From Octopus bimaculoides (Eukaryota), in assembly GCF_001194135.2 (NCBI RefSeq), contig NC_068983.1, forward strand, positions 21,668,694 through 21,732,693: 64,000 nucleotides of DNA, read 5' to 3'. Each line of letters begins with the position of its first letter. The stretch's first letter is position 1. The position numbers and the translations under genes are program-made. The notes beneath the pieces were generated by a model, which saw nothing but the letters and a program-made list of their open reading frames with translations, made no database searches and was not told the origin of the DNA. Positions 62,635 to 64,000 of the stretch are shown piece after piece.

Positions 62635-63173
62635 AGGGATCTTTCTGATTTGGCAGACACCATTTGTTTTCTAACGAAACACTTTCAAACTTGGGACACT
62701 GGTAGAATGTGTCATATAAAACATCCTTTACTCTTAGTATTGTTGAGAAAAGTTTATATTTTTAAAGTTATTTCATGTTAAAATTGCCGTATTTCGGTAA
62801 TTTCAACCAATCACTGACGTCTATTGAGGTGAAAACAATTACTGCTGTGGATTGTCAACAAAACGTTGTGGTGGTGTAATGGGATCTTTTTCCTTGAATA
62901 AAATTAATGCCATTGTTTGTCAACAACTATCAGCAGTACTGTTATCTATGACATCGTTCATGCGTTTGTACTGGTTTTAGCTTTAGGGTTTCATAAATAA
63001 CAGTACCATCGATAGTTGTTGTTGACAAACAACGGCACTAATTTTATTCAAGGGAAAACGTCCCATTACACCGCTAGAACATGTTGTTTACATTCCACAG
63101 CAGTAATTGTTTTAACCTTAATAGACGTCAGTGATTGGTTGAAATTACTGAAATACAACTTTTAACATGAAAT
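62635..63173. mobile_element. MITE-like element containing an approximately 400-bp internal palindrome
   Basis: Arms 62770-62950 and 62992-63173 pair along their length; a ta|agggatc start at 62633 may be a terminal end. Confidence 0.7.
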
Positions 63174-63283
63174 AAAATGGTGTATTTTACGTGCCACCTG
63201 CACAGGAGCCAGTCCAGTGGTACTGGCAACGAACTCGCTCGAATATATATATTTTTTTTAAATAATCAAATATTTGACTTTAC

Positions 63284-63573
63284 CTCTGGTAACTGACAGG
63301 AGCAGAACTCATTCTAGCAACGGTAAGAGGTTGTTGTCCAGTAGAATATGGAGCAGAATGTGTGTTCAAGGCAGTGGAACTTAGTCTTCTTGGAAGATCT
63401 TTAGTTGGGGGACCATTACTGTTTATGGATTGCATTGATAAAAGTGAAGACGACTGTGACAATTTTGAAGTTGCTTGCCCTGGAGACACCGAGTTGTGAT
63501 AATACTGAGTCTGTTGCTCTTGCTGTTGTTGTTGTAGTTGTTCTTGTTGCTGCTGCAGTTGCTCTTCCTGCAG
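63284..63573 (-). CDS. Internal exon (290 nt), Q/S-rich low-complexity region of an unidentified gene
   Basis: Acceptor ttttgtttcatgccaacag| (alternative site 6 nt downstream) and donor CAGAG|gtaaag; LQEEQLQQQQEQ...RRLSSTALNTHSAPY...SSAPVSYQ; phase 0 to 2. Confidence 0.7.
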
Positions 63574-63661
63574 CTGTTGGCATGAAACAAAATTAAAATG
63601 TAAAATTATAATTGTGTGTGTGTGCATGTGTACTTGCACATGTGTGTGTGTGCAAACATGT

Positions 63662-63721
<60 letters not shown>

Positions 63722-64000
63722 GCACCTGGCCAAGGGGTTACAGTGTTGGGCTCATGATCCTAAGGTCATTAGGTCAATTCTTGGGCCAAGTGGTGTGTTG
63801 TGCCCTCAAGCAAAGCACTTCCTTTCCCACAGCTAAAGTTCACTCAGCTGGAACGCAGACCAATTAAGTAATGGTGTAGCCTTCTCTTTCTCAAGCTGTT
63901 ACATCCTACATGCTCCACTGGATCACAGGTGAGATAGGCAAAAGGTATCTATTGATAAAATAATTAGGAAAAACATGGTACATGCTATCAATCAGACATC

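Overview
AT-rich, repeat-saturated eukaryotic draft-assembly window with many N gaps flanked by (TA)n. The SINE/RTE/Penelope repeat landscape suggests an octopus (coleoid cephalopod) genome; this is inference. Two host genes are supported by splice-site and frame analysis. One is a complete 4-coding-exon CCDC97 on the + strand (11917-17972, 346 aa). The other is two phase-compatible exons of an unidentified Q/S-rich gene on the - strand (63284-63573, 60995-61086). The rest is mostly transposon debris: several tRNA-derived SINE families, RTE, R4/Dong-like, CR1/L2-like and L1/Tx1-like LINE fragments, a Penelope GIY-YIG relic, mariner/Tc1, hAT and piggyBac MITEs, plus micro- and minisatellites. 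The most striking unexplained structure is a set of unrelated type I hammerhead-ribozyme motifs, most of them inside fold-back (inverted-repeat) elements. The best example is a head-to-head element at 20432-21189 built as tRNA-like Pol III head + (AAT)n + hammerhead + tail, with a Dong-like LINE 3' end inserted in its (AAT)n. Most ORFs in the supplied track are microsatellite or N-gap artefacts.
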